Shown piece after piece: positions 13,485-26,685 of a stretch of DNA of 64,000 nt. Source of the stretch: Felis catus (Eukaryota); assembly GCF_018350175.1 (NCBI RefSeq), contig NC_058368.1, forward strand, positions 227,170,001 to 227,234,000. The letters are read 5' to 3'. The number at the start of each line of letters is the position of its first letter. The stretch's first letter is position 1. The translations under genes were made by a program, and so were the position numbers. A model generated the notes under the pieces. It ran no database searches. It was given only the letters and a program-made list of their open reading frames with translations, and was not told where the DNA came from.

Positions 13485-14090
13485 TGCTTGACCCCTAAAA
13501 TGGGTTTGAACTGGCAGGCCCACATATCCATGGATTTTTTTTTTCATAAATATATTGGAAAAACTGGGGGAGACTTACATGCTTTGAAAAAACCCAAAGT
13601 GGAACTGCATACCTTAGAAACACCCGAAAATTTTTAAGAAAAAGTTGGGTTTTATTAAAAAATACAGACTACGGGGGCGCCTGGGTGGCTCAGTTGGTTA
13701 AGTGTCCAACTTCAGCTCAGGTCACGATCTCACCGCTGGTGGGTTCGAGCCCCGCATCGGGCTCTGCGCTGACAGCTCAGAGCCTGGAGCCCGCTTCGGA
13801 TTCTGTGTCTCCCTCGCTCTCTGCCCCTCCCCCACTCGCACTCTGTCTCTCTGTCTCTTGAAAATAAACGAATGTTAAAAAAAAAAATTTTTTTTAAAGA
13901 AAAATACAGAATACAATGTGTATAACATGCAAAATGTATGTTAGTCAACTGTTTATGTTGTTGGTAAGGCTTCCAGTCAACAGTAGGCTGTTGGTAGTTA
14001 CGGTTTGGGCAAGTCAAAAGTTATACACAGATTTTTAACTGTGTGGGGACATCTGTGTCCCTAAGCTCCACGTTGTTCAAGGGCCAGCGG
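13485..14090 (+). mobile_element. Tigger2-derived (TcMar) non-autonomous DNA transposon, interrupted by a SINE
   Basis: TA-flanked degenerate TIRs (tgcttgacccct... / ...gttgttcaagggccagcgg) and internal gtaaggcttccagtcaacagtaggct...agtcaaaagttatacacagatttt. Confidence 0.8.
13674..13898 (+). mobile_element. CanSINE (SINEC_Fc-type) inserted in the Tigger element
   Basis: Full head, body and tail; TSD aaaaatacaga(c/a)ta. Confidence 0.95.
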
Positions 14091-14124
14091 TATCTGAGTG
14101 ACTGAATTCCAGGGTGGCACTTGG

Positions 14125-14293
14125 CTACTTGCTACTCCAAGTCCAAGTGTGGTCCTGCACCAGCAGTATCGGGAATGCACTAGAAATGCAGAATTTCAGG
14201 CCCCAGACCAAGAGTGGCTAAATGCAAGGCCACCATGATTTTAACAAGATCCCCACGGGGATTGGTAAGGCATATCACGGTTTGAGAAGTGCT
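14125..14293. mobile_element. MER5A-like hAT-Charlie MITE
   Basis: aagtgtggtcc...ccagcag...tagaaatgcagaatttcaggcccc...ttttaacaagatcccc...gtttgagaag. Confidence 0.75.
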
Positions 14294-15299
14294 ACCCTCA
14301 CCTAATTCCTGGAGAACAAAAGACCACCACGTGACCGTGACCGCAGGGAACAGCATCAAAACCCCCACCTACCGACTTGGATGGACTTTACCTGCATTCG
14401 TGGGCGCCCCGGCTGAAAAGAATATCCACCTGCCTAAAAGAATCGCGGTTGTGGGACACAGAGCAGAGCTCGGCCCCAGAGGTGTGTGACGTATAACCAC
14501 CTTGTGGCGCTACCTACATGATCCACTGAAGTTCAATAACGTTTACTTGCCCTTTACGCCCGCGATCTTATTTATATCCCAACCAACCGAAAACTTCTGT
14601 TTTATTTTTATTTACTGGTTTATCTTTACACAGGAGAAACCCGGAGCTCGGAGACATGAGACCAACTGCTGGGCTCACGCACAGCCCGAGGTTCCAAGTC
14701 CAGGGTCCCTTCCCGAAGCCGAGAAGCCCATGGTCTGCCACAGCGAAATGTATTGCCAAAATCACACAGCTGGACCAATGGAAGGGTCTGGTGATCTTCT
14801 CTCCAGACCCTAATTTCCATTCCCAGTAACCCCGCTCAGCCCCCAGTGTCTGAACTGCCAGACAAACCTGCTATTCTCAGCTTTCAACTCATGGACGGCT
14901 CTGGGTCCCCCGGGTCAGCAAGCTCAGAAACTCTGGAAACAGTCACCAGGGCCCCAGGCCTGGGAGTCAGAACTGCTACTCATATGCAGTGTTGAATTGA
15001 GTGGCTGAGACTGAACACCAGGGGTCCCTAATCACCAGGTGAGAAAAGCTACTCCGTCCCTAGGCGAGAGGCAAAGACAGTAAAAGAGAAAGGACTTGCT
15101 GAGTGACTTAGATGTCCCTGCAGGAACAGACTAGCTGGTGAAGGTAAGATAGAAGGACCCAGACCACGGCCCCTGCTTCCTCCCATAGCCGGGAAGCTCC
15201 AAGAGTAAACACTGAATGCTGATTGGCATCCAGGAAGGAACACAGGCCTCCCAGCTGGGCATGGAGAGGAGGGGGACGCTGGTATTTCTAGAATCATCT

Positions 15300-15485
15300 A
15301 AGCATCACGCTAGGGGCTTTACACTTGGCACTTTGATCTTCCTAGGGACACTCCGAGGTCAGTATCATGACTCACATTTCACAAATGAAGACTGAGCCAA
15401 GCTAAATATATTGCCAAAATCACACAGCCAGTAATTGGCAGTCACTTCCAACCCAGATGGTCTGATCCAGAGCACTCTGTTTCCG
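15300..15485 (-). mobile_element. MIR remnant
   Basis: catttcacaaatgaagactgag...ttgccaaaatcacacagccagtaattggcag. Confidence 0.65.
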
Positions 15486-15674
15486 TGGGACCTAGACGCT
15501 GGAAGGAGGGACTGCACAGTGAGCTGTCTCTTCCTCTATGGCTCCTTTGTTTCTCTAAATTACTCACACACATTTGATGCATTCTCTCGAGCACGGTGTT
15601 GTGCACAAACTTACAAAAGCGTGCACCCTAGGTCTCTGAATCCTTCCCCCACCCCGCTTTAGGGCGCAACGCCG

Positions 15675-16123
15675 TGGAGACGGTTGAACACTGCCCCCTT
15701 CCCAAATATATGCCCAACTCCCAAGATCCAGAACCAGTGACTGTGACTTTATTTGGAGAAAGGGGTCTTTGCACATGTAATCAAGGTAAGGATCATGAGA
15801 TGAGATCACCCTCGATTTAGAGTGGGTCTTAAATCCAAGGATTTAGAGTGAGTCCTAAATCCAATGACGGTGACCTTATCAGAGAAAGGCAGAGAGAGGT
15901 TTGAGACACGGAGACTCAGGGAGGAAGACAAGGCAGAGATTAGGTTTAAGCAGCCACAAGCCAGTGAATGCCTGCAGCCGCCAGGAGCAGGAGGAAGCAA
16001 GGAGAGTTCTCTCCTAGAGCCTGCAGATTTCAGGCGTCCAGAACCGCGAGGGAATAAATTCCTGTTGTTTGAAGGCACACAGTCGGTGGTGATTTCTTTT
16101 GGCAGCTCTAGGAAACTAATTCA
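15675..16123 (+). mobile_element. MLT1 (MaLR) solo LTR with internal 26-bp tandem duplication (15814-15865)
   Basis: tgtgactttatttggagaaaggggtctttgca...cagccacaagccagtgaatgcc...aataaattcctgttgtttgaag...ctaggaaactaat. Confidence 0.88.
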
Positions 16124-16291
16124 CGCTGAAATTAAGAATCTTTCCTTTTGCGACTATCATTTAAAAAACTGCATTGGCATCTGGAGCCTATAAAATGTAT
16201 TTACTGTAAATCCATTTGATTTTGGATTGGGAACTCAGATTTGAAAAGCTGCATTCAGAGAATTGCTAATTGTAAGAATATCCAGTCAGAA

Positions 16292-16506
16292 GGGGCACGT
16301 GGGTGGCTCAGTCTGTTAAGCATCTGACTTCAGCTCAGGTCATGATCTCATGCTTCCTGAGTTCGAGCCCTGCCTCAGGCTCTGAGCTGACAGCACAGAG
16401 CCTGGAGCCCGCTTCAGATTCTATGTCTCCCTCTCTCTCCATCCCTCCTCCACTCATGCTCTCTCTCTCTCTCTCTCTCTCTCTCAAAAATAAACATTTA
16501 AAAAAA
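16292..16506 (+). mobile_element. CanSINE
   Basis: Full element; TSD aagaatat(c/a)cagtcaga. Confidence 0.93.
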
Positions 16507-17329
16507 AGAATATACAGTCAGAAAATAATATGTACAAAGTAGGGCAATACATTAGCTACTTTTTTTCTCAAAAAAAAAAGAAAAAGGAAAAAGAAAATAC
16601 TTTTCCTGCAAAATATTTTGCAGTCCAATAGATAACATTATTTAGGGATGAAGGTTACTTATGTTATTCCTATAGTGTCTTAATTAGCTTTTCTTTAATG
16701 GGCATTAAGCATAAAAGAGAGGAAATGGAAAAGAACAAACACAAAGAGCTTCGATTTCACCCACAAATCTGTTTTGCAGCCTGCGATCTGTCAGGAAAGC
16801 CTGCAAACCCTCCATTCCATTTTTTGGTATAAATAGTTTTTATTCTGAGCCTCTTTCTTCTCTCTCTCTCATGCTAATAAGAAATTTTTTAAAGCAATCA
16901 CAAGCTCCAACTGAAGATAAGTGGTAAGGCGGGCTTCTCTAAAATGCCCCACATTATCCTCCCTCCGTCCTCTTCGTGAAGATTCTTCAGTAATCTGTCA
17001 TCCTCCAAATGGAGCTGAGATAGGCTTCTTTCCTGGAGCACTGTCACTGTTTACCTGGGAGGTGAGCTAAAAAGCCTAGGACTCCCACATTGGAAGAAAC
17101 AAGGGGAAGGTGTGTTTCCAAAGTAGCCCCAGGCGTGGAGCAGGGAGCCTTGGGGCTTAGCCTGGGTGGGATCCTGCCTCCATCACTGACTGGGTGAGCC
17201 TCTCTTGAGTTGCGGCTTCTTTGTGGGTAAAGTGTGGATCCTCGTAGTGTCCACCCCATGAGCTTTTGTGATGAAAGACATGTTGCTAAACCCTGTGGTC
17301 AACTCTGTCTTCATTGTACTCAACTTATT

Positions 17330-18443
17330 GGCCCATTTGACATGACTGGTCACTTTGTTGATTTCCTATCAAAATAAACCCCTCCCCCCTGGCGTTTCCT
17401 CCTGCTTCTCTGAGCTCCCTTAGCACGGGTCCCTTCCCTCCTCCCGCAGGAGGACCCCGAACCTCTTATTTTCTCACTCCGTGGCTGGCCTCATCCAGAG
17501 CTGTGACTTCAAATAGCACCTTTTTGCTGAGGATGCCTGAATCTCAATCCCAGCCTCCCATCTGAGCTCTAGACTGATGTAGTCACTCAACGCTGTCTGT
17601 AGCAGCTCCCCATCTGATATCTAATGAGCCTTACAAAGTAAGCGTGTCCACACCAGACAGACTCTTGATTTTCATCTCCAGAACTGCTCAGTCTCCCGTG
17701 CTTCCCATGTCAGTAAGTCGCAATGCTAGTTTGGGCGGGCAAGTCAAGGCATGCCTCTTCTCTTACTTTCACATTCAAATCCATCTGCAAATACTGCCAC
17801 CGTAACTTCTGAGTATTTCCAGAATCCACTACGTCTTCCCTCCTCGCATCTCAGCTCATGGCTCCAAGCCATCACCCTCTCCCTCCAAGGCAATTACAAT
17901 GGCCCCTGTACTGGTCTCCTTGCTCCCACACTTACCCCCAACCCAGCCTTTTCTCTGCTAGGCAAGCAGTACAATTCCTTGAAAACCTACATCAGACATG
18001 TCCCGGCTCAGAAGTCTCCAATGGCTCCCCCATTTCACTTGGATCTCCAGCAACTCCCAGGGGCCTCACCCCCAGTAGATCTCCCTCCTTGTTCTTTCCT
18101 CCAACATTCCGAACCGTTCCCAGACTCGAGGTAACTCTTCCCTCTGCCTGCAAAGCAGATAGACACCTACTCAACAGAAAGAACTCCCCTTACCATCCCC
18201 TGTGCCCCTCTGTCCTGTGCTCAAATTTATTATTTCCTTGTTAGCACTTGTCTCTTTGGCGTTATATATTTGTTTGCTGTCTTTCTCCCCGCTAGAATGT
18301 AAGCTTCATGAGAGCAATGAATTTGGTGCATTCGTTGCTGTATCCGTGGCACCCAGAATTCTGCTTGACACATTAATAACCGTTGAACGATTGAATGAAG
18401 GAATGAATGGATGAATGCGTGAGTGAGTGAATGAATGAATGAG
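17330..18443 (+). mobile_element. L2 3' portion
   Basis: Pyrimidine-rich degenerate body, ctagaatgtaagcttcatgagagca, terminal (TGAA)n. Confidence 0.78.
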
Positions 18444-18859
18444 GTGCTACATGTAAATCACCAAGTACATTCTGGCACAAATATGTAATTGATAAATACT
18501 ATCTGCTACTGTGCCTGCTGTTTCATTACTAATTATTATTTGTCTAGGTCCTTTATACACCCCACCCTTCCTCCTGGCCCTTCATTTTTTTAGATCTGTC
18601 ACTGCCATGCCCAAGCCTCTCCACTGTCGGAAGGAAGTCATGGAGATTATGCTGGCCAGGAAGAATGTCATTGGCTACCTGTCTTCTATTGGCTCTGAGT
18701 TTGGTGCTCTCACATACATACATAAGGAGGAAGGTAGGACTATACTGTCTTCAGGAATAGCCATTGGATGCCCTGAATGTGGCTTTGGACAGCCTGAATT
18801 CCAATCATGTGTTCTGTCATTTTTATAGACCAGCTAACATGTAAATATTTCTGCCTCCA

Positions 18860-19263
18860 GGGGCAACTAGGTGGCTCGGTCGGTTAGGCACCTGATTTCG
18901 GCTCAGGTCATGATGTCTCAGTTTGTGAGTTCAGGCCCCACAGCAGGCTCTGCACTGACAGCATGGAGCCTGCTTGGGATTCTCTCTCTGCCCCTCCCCG
19001 ATTTGCACACGCACACGCTCTGTCTCAAAATGCATAAATAAACATTTTGGGGGGAGAGAGAGAGGGTAGGGCACAAGCAGGGGAAAGGGGCAGAGGCAGA
19101 GAGGGTGAGAATCCCAGGCAAGCTCCACGCTCAGCATGAGAGCCCATCACGGGGCTCAGTCCCATGACCGTGAGGTCATAACCTGAGCCAGAATCAAGAG
19201 TCTGACACTCAACGGACTGAACCACCCACCCAGGAGCCCCCATAAGTAAACATTTTAAAAAAA
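18860..19263 (+). mobile_element. CanSINE whose tail is interrupted by an antisense SINE
   Basis: Outer TSD ctgcctcca on both sides. Confidence 0.85.
19049..19240 (-). mobile_element. CanSINE nested antisense in the previous element
   Basis: Flanked by ataa(a/g)taaacatttt duplication. Confidence 0.85.
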
Positions 19264-20922
19264 CGTTCCTGCCTCCAAATTATACCTCCCAGACTGGCTT
19301 TGAAACGTAGCCCAAAACAGTATTTGGGGCTCCGAAGACACAACCGATCTTACCTGATGGACTATTAGGGCTGTTTGGGGGGCCGTACGAGCGTAAATAT
19401 GTGAATTTTGTAGGGAAGAGTTAGGCGAGCCGTCGGAAAGCAAACCAAAGAAACTTGTCCCACAGCGTGCCTCGGGAACTGTTACCCGGCAGATCAACAG
19501 CAGATCGGACTTATTCATCCGCACAGCTTTTCAGCTTTGGGTCACACGGTCTGCACAGACGTGTTAAGAAGAGGTGAGTACGCACACGCACAGCACGTCA
19601 TCGTAAACGTAAGAATGCTGGGCAGAGTCTTTGGAAACCAGGGGGACGAGGACAGATGCTGGGGTGGGGTCTCTGGCAAACAGCTACCCCGGCCTGGTAG
19701 GCAGCCAAGCCACCGTGAGATAAGGTCTGTCGTGGGTACCTGTTCCCCACACACACCCTGGCGATTGCAGCTGGTGGGCTTTGTGAGTGTCGTGCTCGGG
19801 TCAAATGCCCACCCCAGCGCCGGGAAGGATTTGGAAAATTACTAACCCAAAGGCTAAGGAGACTCAGTCTCGGTCCAGAGCCACTTGACCCCCGATCCCC
19901 CGACAAAACACTCTTTTGGAGACAAACTGGCAGGATTCTTAGACAGAATGAGACAAAATCACTGACTCAGGAAAACCAGGCCCTCTCTGGAGGGCTGAAG
20001 TCTTTTAAGACGTGGCTGGAACATTCTTGGGTGGGACAGTTCATCAAAAAACAAACAACTTCGCAGTTCGCCTTCGTCCAAAACAAGTTTCTCTGTGAGC
20101 TGCCCTAGCCACTGCCTCCACCTCGGGCCAGGCTACTCGGGCGTCTCCTGAACACCAGTCTTTACCTCGGCCGTGGGGACCACACCCTGGTGTGTCCCAG
20201 TTCCTGACCTGCCGGGGATCCCGGCCCTGCCTCCATGCTGCCCTAGCTCGGCTCAGTTTGGGGTTGCCTTCATAAGTCACCCTGAGCTCGGTCCACCTTG
20301 GGCGGTGACCCTGGCTCAAACCCTGCATGGATAGGTCAAGCCAGCAGGAACAGAAGAGGACAGTGGCCAGGAGTACTGGCCTACGTCACCATTTTCAGCT
20401 GTGCAGACAGCACGGCTGCCCAGTGAGCAACTAGGGGTGCCTTCCTGCATTTCCACTTCCTGGCAGTGACGTGTTACGTCTAAGGACTCAGTCCTACCAG
20501 GCCATCCCCACCCTAGGTGCAGAAAAAAGGGTGGCACCCGGATGCAACTTCTCATGGGACGAGGCCACACAAGGTCTCCAGATGCCAGACAGAGGTCCTT
20601 TCCCAAAACCTCCCCTAGACAGCCGGCAGCTTGGCTCGGGGATCCAGGGATGTTTGTTCCCCCAAACCACTCTTCCACTATTAAAGGAGAGCCCAGCGGG
20701 GTCCCTGTGCTGGAGCATGACCCCTTGATGTGTGTGGCTGCACCCCAGCCCAAAACTTCTCCCCACAGGATGCAGAGAGAACAGGAACTTGGGCATAGGC
20801 ACTGAATTTGGAAGGCTGAGCAGGAAAAAAAAGAATGTAAAATAAATCATTGATATTTTTACATTGATTACACATCTAGTAGTAATATTTTTGGATACAT
20901 TATTTTAAAATATAGTATTAAA

Positions 20923-21137
20923 GGGATGCCTGGGTGGCTCAGTTGGCTAAGCGTCTGACTTGGGCTCAGGTTATGATCTCACGATTTGTGAGTTTGAGCC
21001 CCGCGTCGGGCTCTGTGCTGACGGCTCAGAGCCTGGCGCCTGCTTCGGATTCTGTGTCTCCCCTTTCTCTCTGCCCCTCCCCTGCTCGAGCTCTGTCTCT
21101 CTCTCAAGAATAAATAAACATTAACAAAATTAAAAAA
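20923..21137 (+). mobile_element. CanSINE inserted in a MER33/MER3-like hAT fragment (~20825-21190)
   Basis: Full SINE; flanks aagaatgtaaaata...attgattaca and atattattaaaattaatttc. Confidence 0.88.
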
Positions 21138-21689
21138 CATATATTATTAAAATTAATTTCGCTGTTTTGCTTTGCCCTTTTAATCAAGTTACTTGTGATG
21201 GGCTAAGTAATAGCATCCAAGGACCCCGGGAACCCAAAAGCATCACTTTATGTGGAAAAGGTGAGACTGTCTATGAACCATGAACCTCAGTTCTAGAGAG
21301 TGGCTGAGCATAACCTTGAGTTGTCTTCTGTTGAGGAAAGAGAATGTACATTTGCAGTTGTAAGTGGAGTAGTTAGGCCTTGTAAGGCACAGGCATCCTT
21401 GGACATATGGGTGATGTATGCATGTATGTTACATAACCAAGGGGCAATGGGACGTGTCCTAGATACCTGTTGACTTGTCTGCCAGTCCCTCCTCTCTGGG
21501 GCTCCCAGAAGTCATTGTGGACAACAGGACCTCATCCTCTGACTCATCTAATTGAACCAGGATGGGCACCTGTCCCAACATGGTCGACTTAGCATCCCTT
21601 CGGTTGAAATATTGACCCGAGAGCAAAAGGAACCTAATATCTAAGCTCAGGAGCTATGGATGGGCATTTTCTACTGACAATCTGGACCA

Positions 21690-21768
21690 GAAAGGAGAGG
21701 AGGACAGAGGAAAGAAAGGAAGGAAGGGATAGGGAAGGGAGGGGGGGAGGGGGAAGAAGAGAGAGAAG
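21690..21768 (+). repeat. Purine-rich (GA) low-complexity tract
   Basis: Directly visible. Confidence 0.8.
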
Positions 21769-22659
21769 TTGCGATTAAAGATGCAGAGAGAGTCCCGATG
21801 GTAGCTTTAGACTAGGTTGATTTCTCTTACATCCAACCAAAGGAATTCAACTAATACACCTTATCACAGATCAGTTGTGAGAAACAAATGTCATTTATGT
21901 AAAAAGTGCTCTGCAAACGGCACAGTGCCATAGAAAGGCTAGTGCTGTACTTATTATCAAGGCAGACCCCCCTCTCCCGTCAGTGCTCTAGCTGGTGACC
22001 TGGACTCCACTTTGGGATCCCCTGACTTCCCACTGTCTCTTCTCCCGAGTCATCCTGCATTTCCCCACATCTGAGAAACTCCCAGAATCTGCTCTTCCTC
22101 CAGGAGCCCGTTGCCCTCTCCTGTCTTTTCTAAACTAAAGTACTGGACACACAACTGGACTAAATAATCTCTAAAATGCCTTGCAGCTTTGCTGTGTTGA
22201 CATTCTGAATTTCTTTCATGATCCTCAAAACTCCACTGACCACTCAGACCGTAGACTAGGGGTAGGTGCATCAGAGGGTCCTGGGGGCTGGTGAGAATGC
22301 AGCGCCCCCCCCAGGATTACCCCATTTTTCAGCTTGAATCACAGTCTGTGGGGGAGGGTTGAGACGCTGCACTTGAAGCATGCTCCAAAAGTTGCAATAA
22401 ATTTTAGCTGTTGTTAGTAATATAGCAAATAGAAGACTCTGTACAAATTCTAAAGCAAATTGACTGGGTCGATTTAATATTCAAACATAAATTGTAAACT
22501 TCCTTATCCAGCCCCTGTCTAGAATAGGAGAGGGGCAGCTGTTATCATTAAAGGCAGCATGCAAACGTACCTTGATTTGTGCGCTCATTTGTTTAATGGC
22601 TGCTCCACCGAGGAAGGGATTATGTTTTATTTTGCTTTAACGTACACATACGTTTTATT

Positions 22660-24595
22660 TAAAGTACGTTTGTGAAGGTATAGTTTACACATAGTAAGAG
22701 TCGCCCTTTTTAGGCAGACAGTTCTAGGCGTTATATAACCACAACCACAGTCACAATATAGACTATTTCTATCGCCCCGGAAAGTTTCCTTGCACTTCTT
22801 TGTAGTCCGTCCTGCCTGCTCTCCCACCCCACCCCCAGTCACTGGCAACCCCTGGTCCGATTTTGTATTTTCCACAGTGTCATGTAAGAGTAGCATACTG
22901 AGTCACTACTCAGGCCCTTTTTGCAGGCTCATTTTGCTTAGAATAATGCACCTGAGATTCATTTATATTGTGGCATTTATCTGTAGTTTGTTGTTTGTTT
23001 GTTTGTTTTATAGTGAGTAGTATTCCAAACCATGGATGCATCACAGCTTGCTTGTTCATTCATCAGTTCACGGTTTTTTGGGTAGTTTCCAGCATGGGGT
23101 CATCATGAATAAAGTTGCTAAGAGCAGCTGCATGCAGGTCTTTGTGGACATCAGTTTTCGCTTCTCTTGGGTAAATACCTCGGAGTAGAACCATTGGGCT
23201 ATTTGGCAAGTGGAGATTTAAATTTATAAGAAACTGTCAAACCATTTTCCAGAGTGATTGCACAATTTAGCATTCCCAGAATGATGTATGAGAGCTCTGT
23301 CTACTCCGTACTCTCCCCAGCACTCAGACGTTTTTGCCACATTTTTCAATTTTAGCCCTTCTAGTTTAGTACTTTTAATGCACATTTCCCCAACAAGTAA
23401 TGAAGGCCAGAGTCCTTTTGTATGGTCATTAAACACATGGGTTTGAGTTACTTGTACTTCTATGTTTATGTTTTGAGAACATATCTATATTCCTGATACA
23501 AGCCCCTCATCAGATACGAGTTTTGTAAATATTTCTTCCCAACCCCTGGCTAGTCTTTAACTTCCTTAACAAAAGCTTCGGGAGAGCAGAAGTTTTTCAT
23601 TGTGAAGCTCAAGTTATGAATGTTTTCGTGTGTGGTTGGTGCTTTGGATGGTTGTGTCTAAGAAATCTTTGTCTAACCTATAGTCCCAAAGACTTTCTCC
23701 TGTGTATTCATCTGGAAGTATTGTAATTACTGCATTGAATTCAAGATCTATTCTTACTTAATTTGTACACATGGCATGAAGTATGGCTCACAGGCCATTA
23801 TTTTGCTCCCGCAACGTTGGCCGCAAATATTATTCCATCTCCAGTTAATTACCTTGCCATTTGTGTGAAAAATCAATTGCCCATAGATTCAAGGTTCTAT
23901 TTCTGATTCTTTATTCTCTTCCATTGATTTCTATGTCTGTCTCAGCAGAACCACACGGTGGTGATTACGGTCGCTTTATAGTAAGTCTTGAAATCAGGTC
24001 GTTTCAGTCCTTGAGTTTTGTTCTTTTTCAAAATTGTTTGGCTTTCCCCAGTCCTCTGCTTTTTCTTTCTTTCTCCAAAGGATTTTTAGTGGGATTCTGT
24101 TTAATCTGCAGACCAACTTGGGGAGAACTGATATTTTAATAATGCCTTCTGGTCCATTAATGTATCACACCTCTCCATTCATTTAGGTCTTCTTTGAACT
24201 CCTAATGTTTTATAGTTTTCAACATTTTTTATTAGATCTATCCCCAAGGAGTTCGTGAATTGTAAAACTGTTGCCAATTATGGTTTTTAAATTTCAATTT
24301 CCAATTATTCAATGCTAGTACCTATAAGCACAAAGGAGTATTGCGAATGCCTCTGTATCCTGCGACCTCGCCAAGCTCAAATATCAGTTCTAGTCGTTTT
24401 CTTAGAGAATCTCTGAGGCTTTCTGTTTAAACTATTTCATCATCTGTGAATAAAAGAAATTTTTTTTTTCTTTCCAATGTGCATACCTTTTCTTTCTTTT
24501 ACTTGCTGGATCGCATTGGCTGGAGCCTTCAATATTGTTTTGAGTAGAAGAGGTGAGAGAAAATGCCACGCGTTGTTCTCCGTCCTGGGGGGATT
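22660..24595 (-). mobile_element. Old L1 (L1MB/MC-like), ~1.9 kb, degenerate ORF2 3' part plus 3' UTR; followed by an L2 3' tip to ~24682
   Basis: cttctcttgggtaaatacctcggagtagaa, aaactgtcaaaccattttccagagtgattgcacaattt and tagtaagtcttgaaatcagg are antisense L1 motifs. Confidence 0.88.
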
Positions 24596-25519
24596 ATATT
24601 TGCTTCGTTCAGTACTACATGCCCAGCACCTTGCACCATGCCTGGCACACAGTAGGCGCTCAAAAGAATTTGCTGAATGAATTAGAACAAAGTTAGCTTA
24701 TCTGCACAGAGACTAAAGTAACGCGGGTTCCATCAACATCTTCTCCCACCGCTCATTCTGTTGAGTCACGAGTAAAACTATGTGATGTGTTCCAGGATAG
24801 CATTTTGAAATCGGGAACGTCTTCAAATATAAAAATGCTCTGGGGGGAATGTAGGAAGTCAGGGATAAGCTACACGCTTAATGTGAAGGTGACGCTGTAC
24901 TGCAAATCTGCCCGATGAATTAAAACCTTAATTAATCGATAAGTTCAATCAAAATGCAGTAACAACAGAACTCTGGTTTGTCTCCCTCTTCTCTGGGATC
25001 GTAAAGTCTGAGAAGCTACAAAATCTGGTTTCTACATACTAGCAAAATGCTAAGGATGTCTACATAGTACTGTGGTACTAACTACATAATGGAAAGGATA
25101 ATACCCTTGTCAACTCGGGGGTTAAACATAAAACACTTTCAGAAAGCTCAATTCAAAACGTATTATTTATTGTCTAGTATTGTCCTAGGAGTGCCGGTGA
25201 GAAGTAGGGGGCCAGAGAAAATGGTAGTATTTTAAATGGTTCCTAATCTCAGGAAATTCAATATTTTGTGGTAGACACCAGACTCAGGTATTAGAAATTG
25301 AGACTCAGGCAGCTTTCCCTCTGATTGCCAAAATAATAAACAGAGGGAAAAAAAATATCAAAGTGAGCTAGAATTCCACAGGAAAACTTGGTGAAACGCA
25401 TGATATTTTAAAAGGGCTTTAAAAAAAATAGACCTTAGACCTTGGATAGGTAGCAAGAATTAAAATTTAAGCTTTATTAAATATTTTTAACTTGTATGCA
25501 TTTTATGTTCGTCTGGTAA

Positions 25520-25684
25520 TTTTTTTTATTTTTTTTTTATTTAAAAAAAAATTTTTTTTTTCAACGTTTATTTATTTTTGGGACAGAGAGAGACAGACCA
25601 TGAACGGGGCTCGAACTCCCGGACCGCGAGATCGTGACCTGGCTGAAGTCGGACGCTTAGCTGACTGCGCCACCCAGGCGCCCC
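25520..25684 (-). mobile_element. Young SINEC_Fc-type with ~80-bp internal deletion
   Basis: catgaacgggg joined directly to ctcgaactc; TSD ctggt(a/c)attttt. Confidence 0.9.
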
Positions 25685-25713
25685 TGGTCATTTTTAAAAA
25701 ACAAGCAAAAGCA

Positions 25714-25809
25714 GGGGCACCTGCCTGCCTCAATCAGTAGAGCACGCAACTTTTGACCTCGGGGTTGTGAGTTCGAGCCCCACGTTGGGCGTAGAGGTTC
25801 CTTAAAAAT
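25714..25809 (+). mobile_element. Short tRNA-Lys-like SINE (SINEC_old type)
   Basis: ctcaatcagtagagcacgcaacttttgacctcggggttgtgagttcgagccccacgttgggcg; TSD aagcaaaagca. Confidence 0.85.
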
Positions 25810-25919
25810 AAGCAAAAGCAGAAGTTGAAGAAAGAGAGGAAAGGGGGGAACAAAAAGTAGCTATATATTAATCTCAGTTACCTCTCCATTCCATTTAATT
25901 TGTTAAGAATTACCAGACT

Positions 25920-26135
25920 GGGGCGTCTGGGTGGCTCAGTCGGTTAAGTGTCTGACTTCGGCTCGGGTCATGATCTCAAGGTTCGTGAGTTTGAGCCCCA
26001 CGTCAGACTCTGTGCTGACAGCTCGGAGCCTGGAGCCTGCTTCAGATTCTGTCTCCCTCTCTCCCTACCCCTCCCCTGCTCGACTCTCTCTCTCTCTCAA
26101 AAATAAATAAACATTAAAAATAATTCTTTAAAAAA
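25920..26135 (+). mobile_element. CanSINE
   Basis: Full head, body and tail. Confidence 0.93.
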
Positions 26136-26685
26136 TGACTAGACCTAAGGTTTGCAGAACCAGGATGAATTACCTACACACATACCCTTTGTGTGTTATC
26201 ATAACGAGCAAGGGTGAGTCAGCCGATCATGAAACGCTCACCTATATAAAGTACATTGCTTCCAAAATCTAGGCAGTCGGGTGCTAATGGTGTGGGGTTT
26301 TTGAATGGCATGAGCAGAATCCATTCCAAAATTTACTTTGTGTTTTTCATCACTTTGCAGACATAGAAGTAAGTTACTAGTTACCAGTACAGAATGCCAT
26401 CAGGTTACATAAGTGACCTGGCAAGAGGCTCCCCAAATGCTTTATCCTCTAGCAATTATAGAAAAACCAAATTTATAAAAGGCATTACATATGGATAAGG
26501 CTCTGTGTAAATAAATGGATCTACGCTCTGAGTAAAGCTGCCTCAAATCCCTTCCTCAGAATAAAAGAAGAATTAACAAGAAAAAAAATTATGCATGACA
26601 TTTATATGTCTGCTGTCCATAATTGTTTTTTTTTTTTTCTGATTTAATTTTATGTCTTCAACATTTAAAACATTGAATGCTTCCA

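Noticed and set aside
25714..25809. Possible tRNA-Lys gene (also 55361-55482)
   Set aside because: Has the SINE GGGGC(A/G)CCTG leader, an A-rich tail and mismatched stems (plus a TSD at the 25714 copy), so it is a tRNA-derived SINE rather than a functional tRNA.
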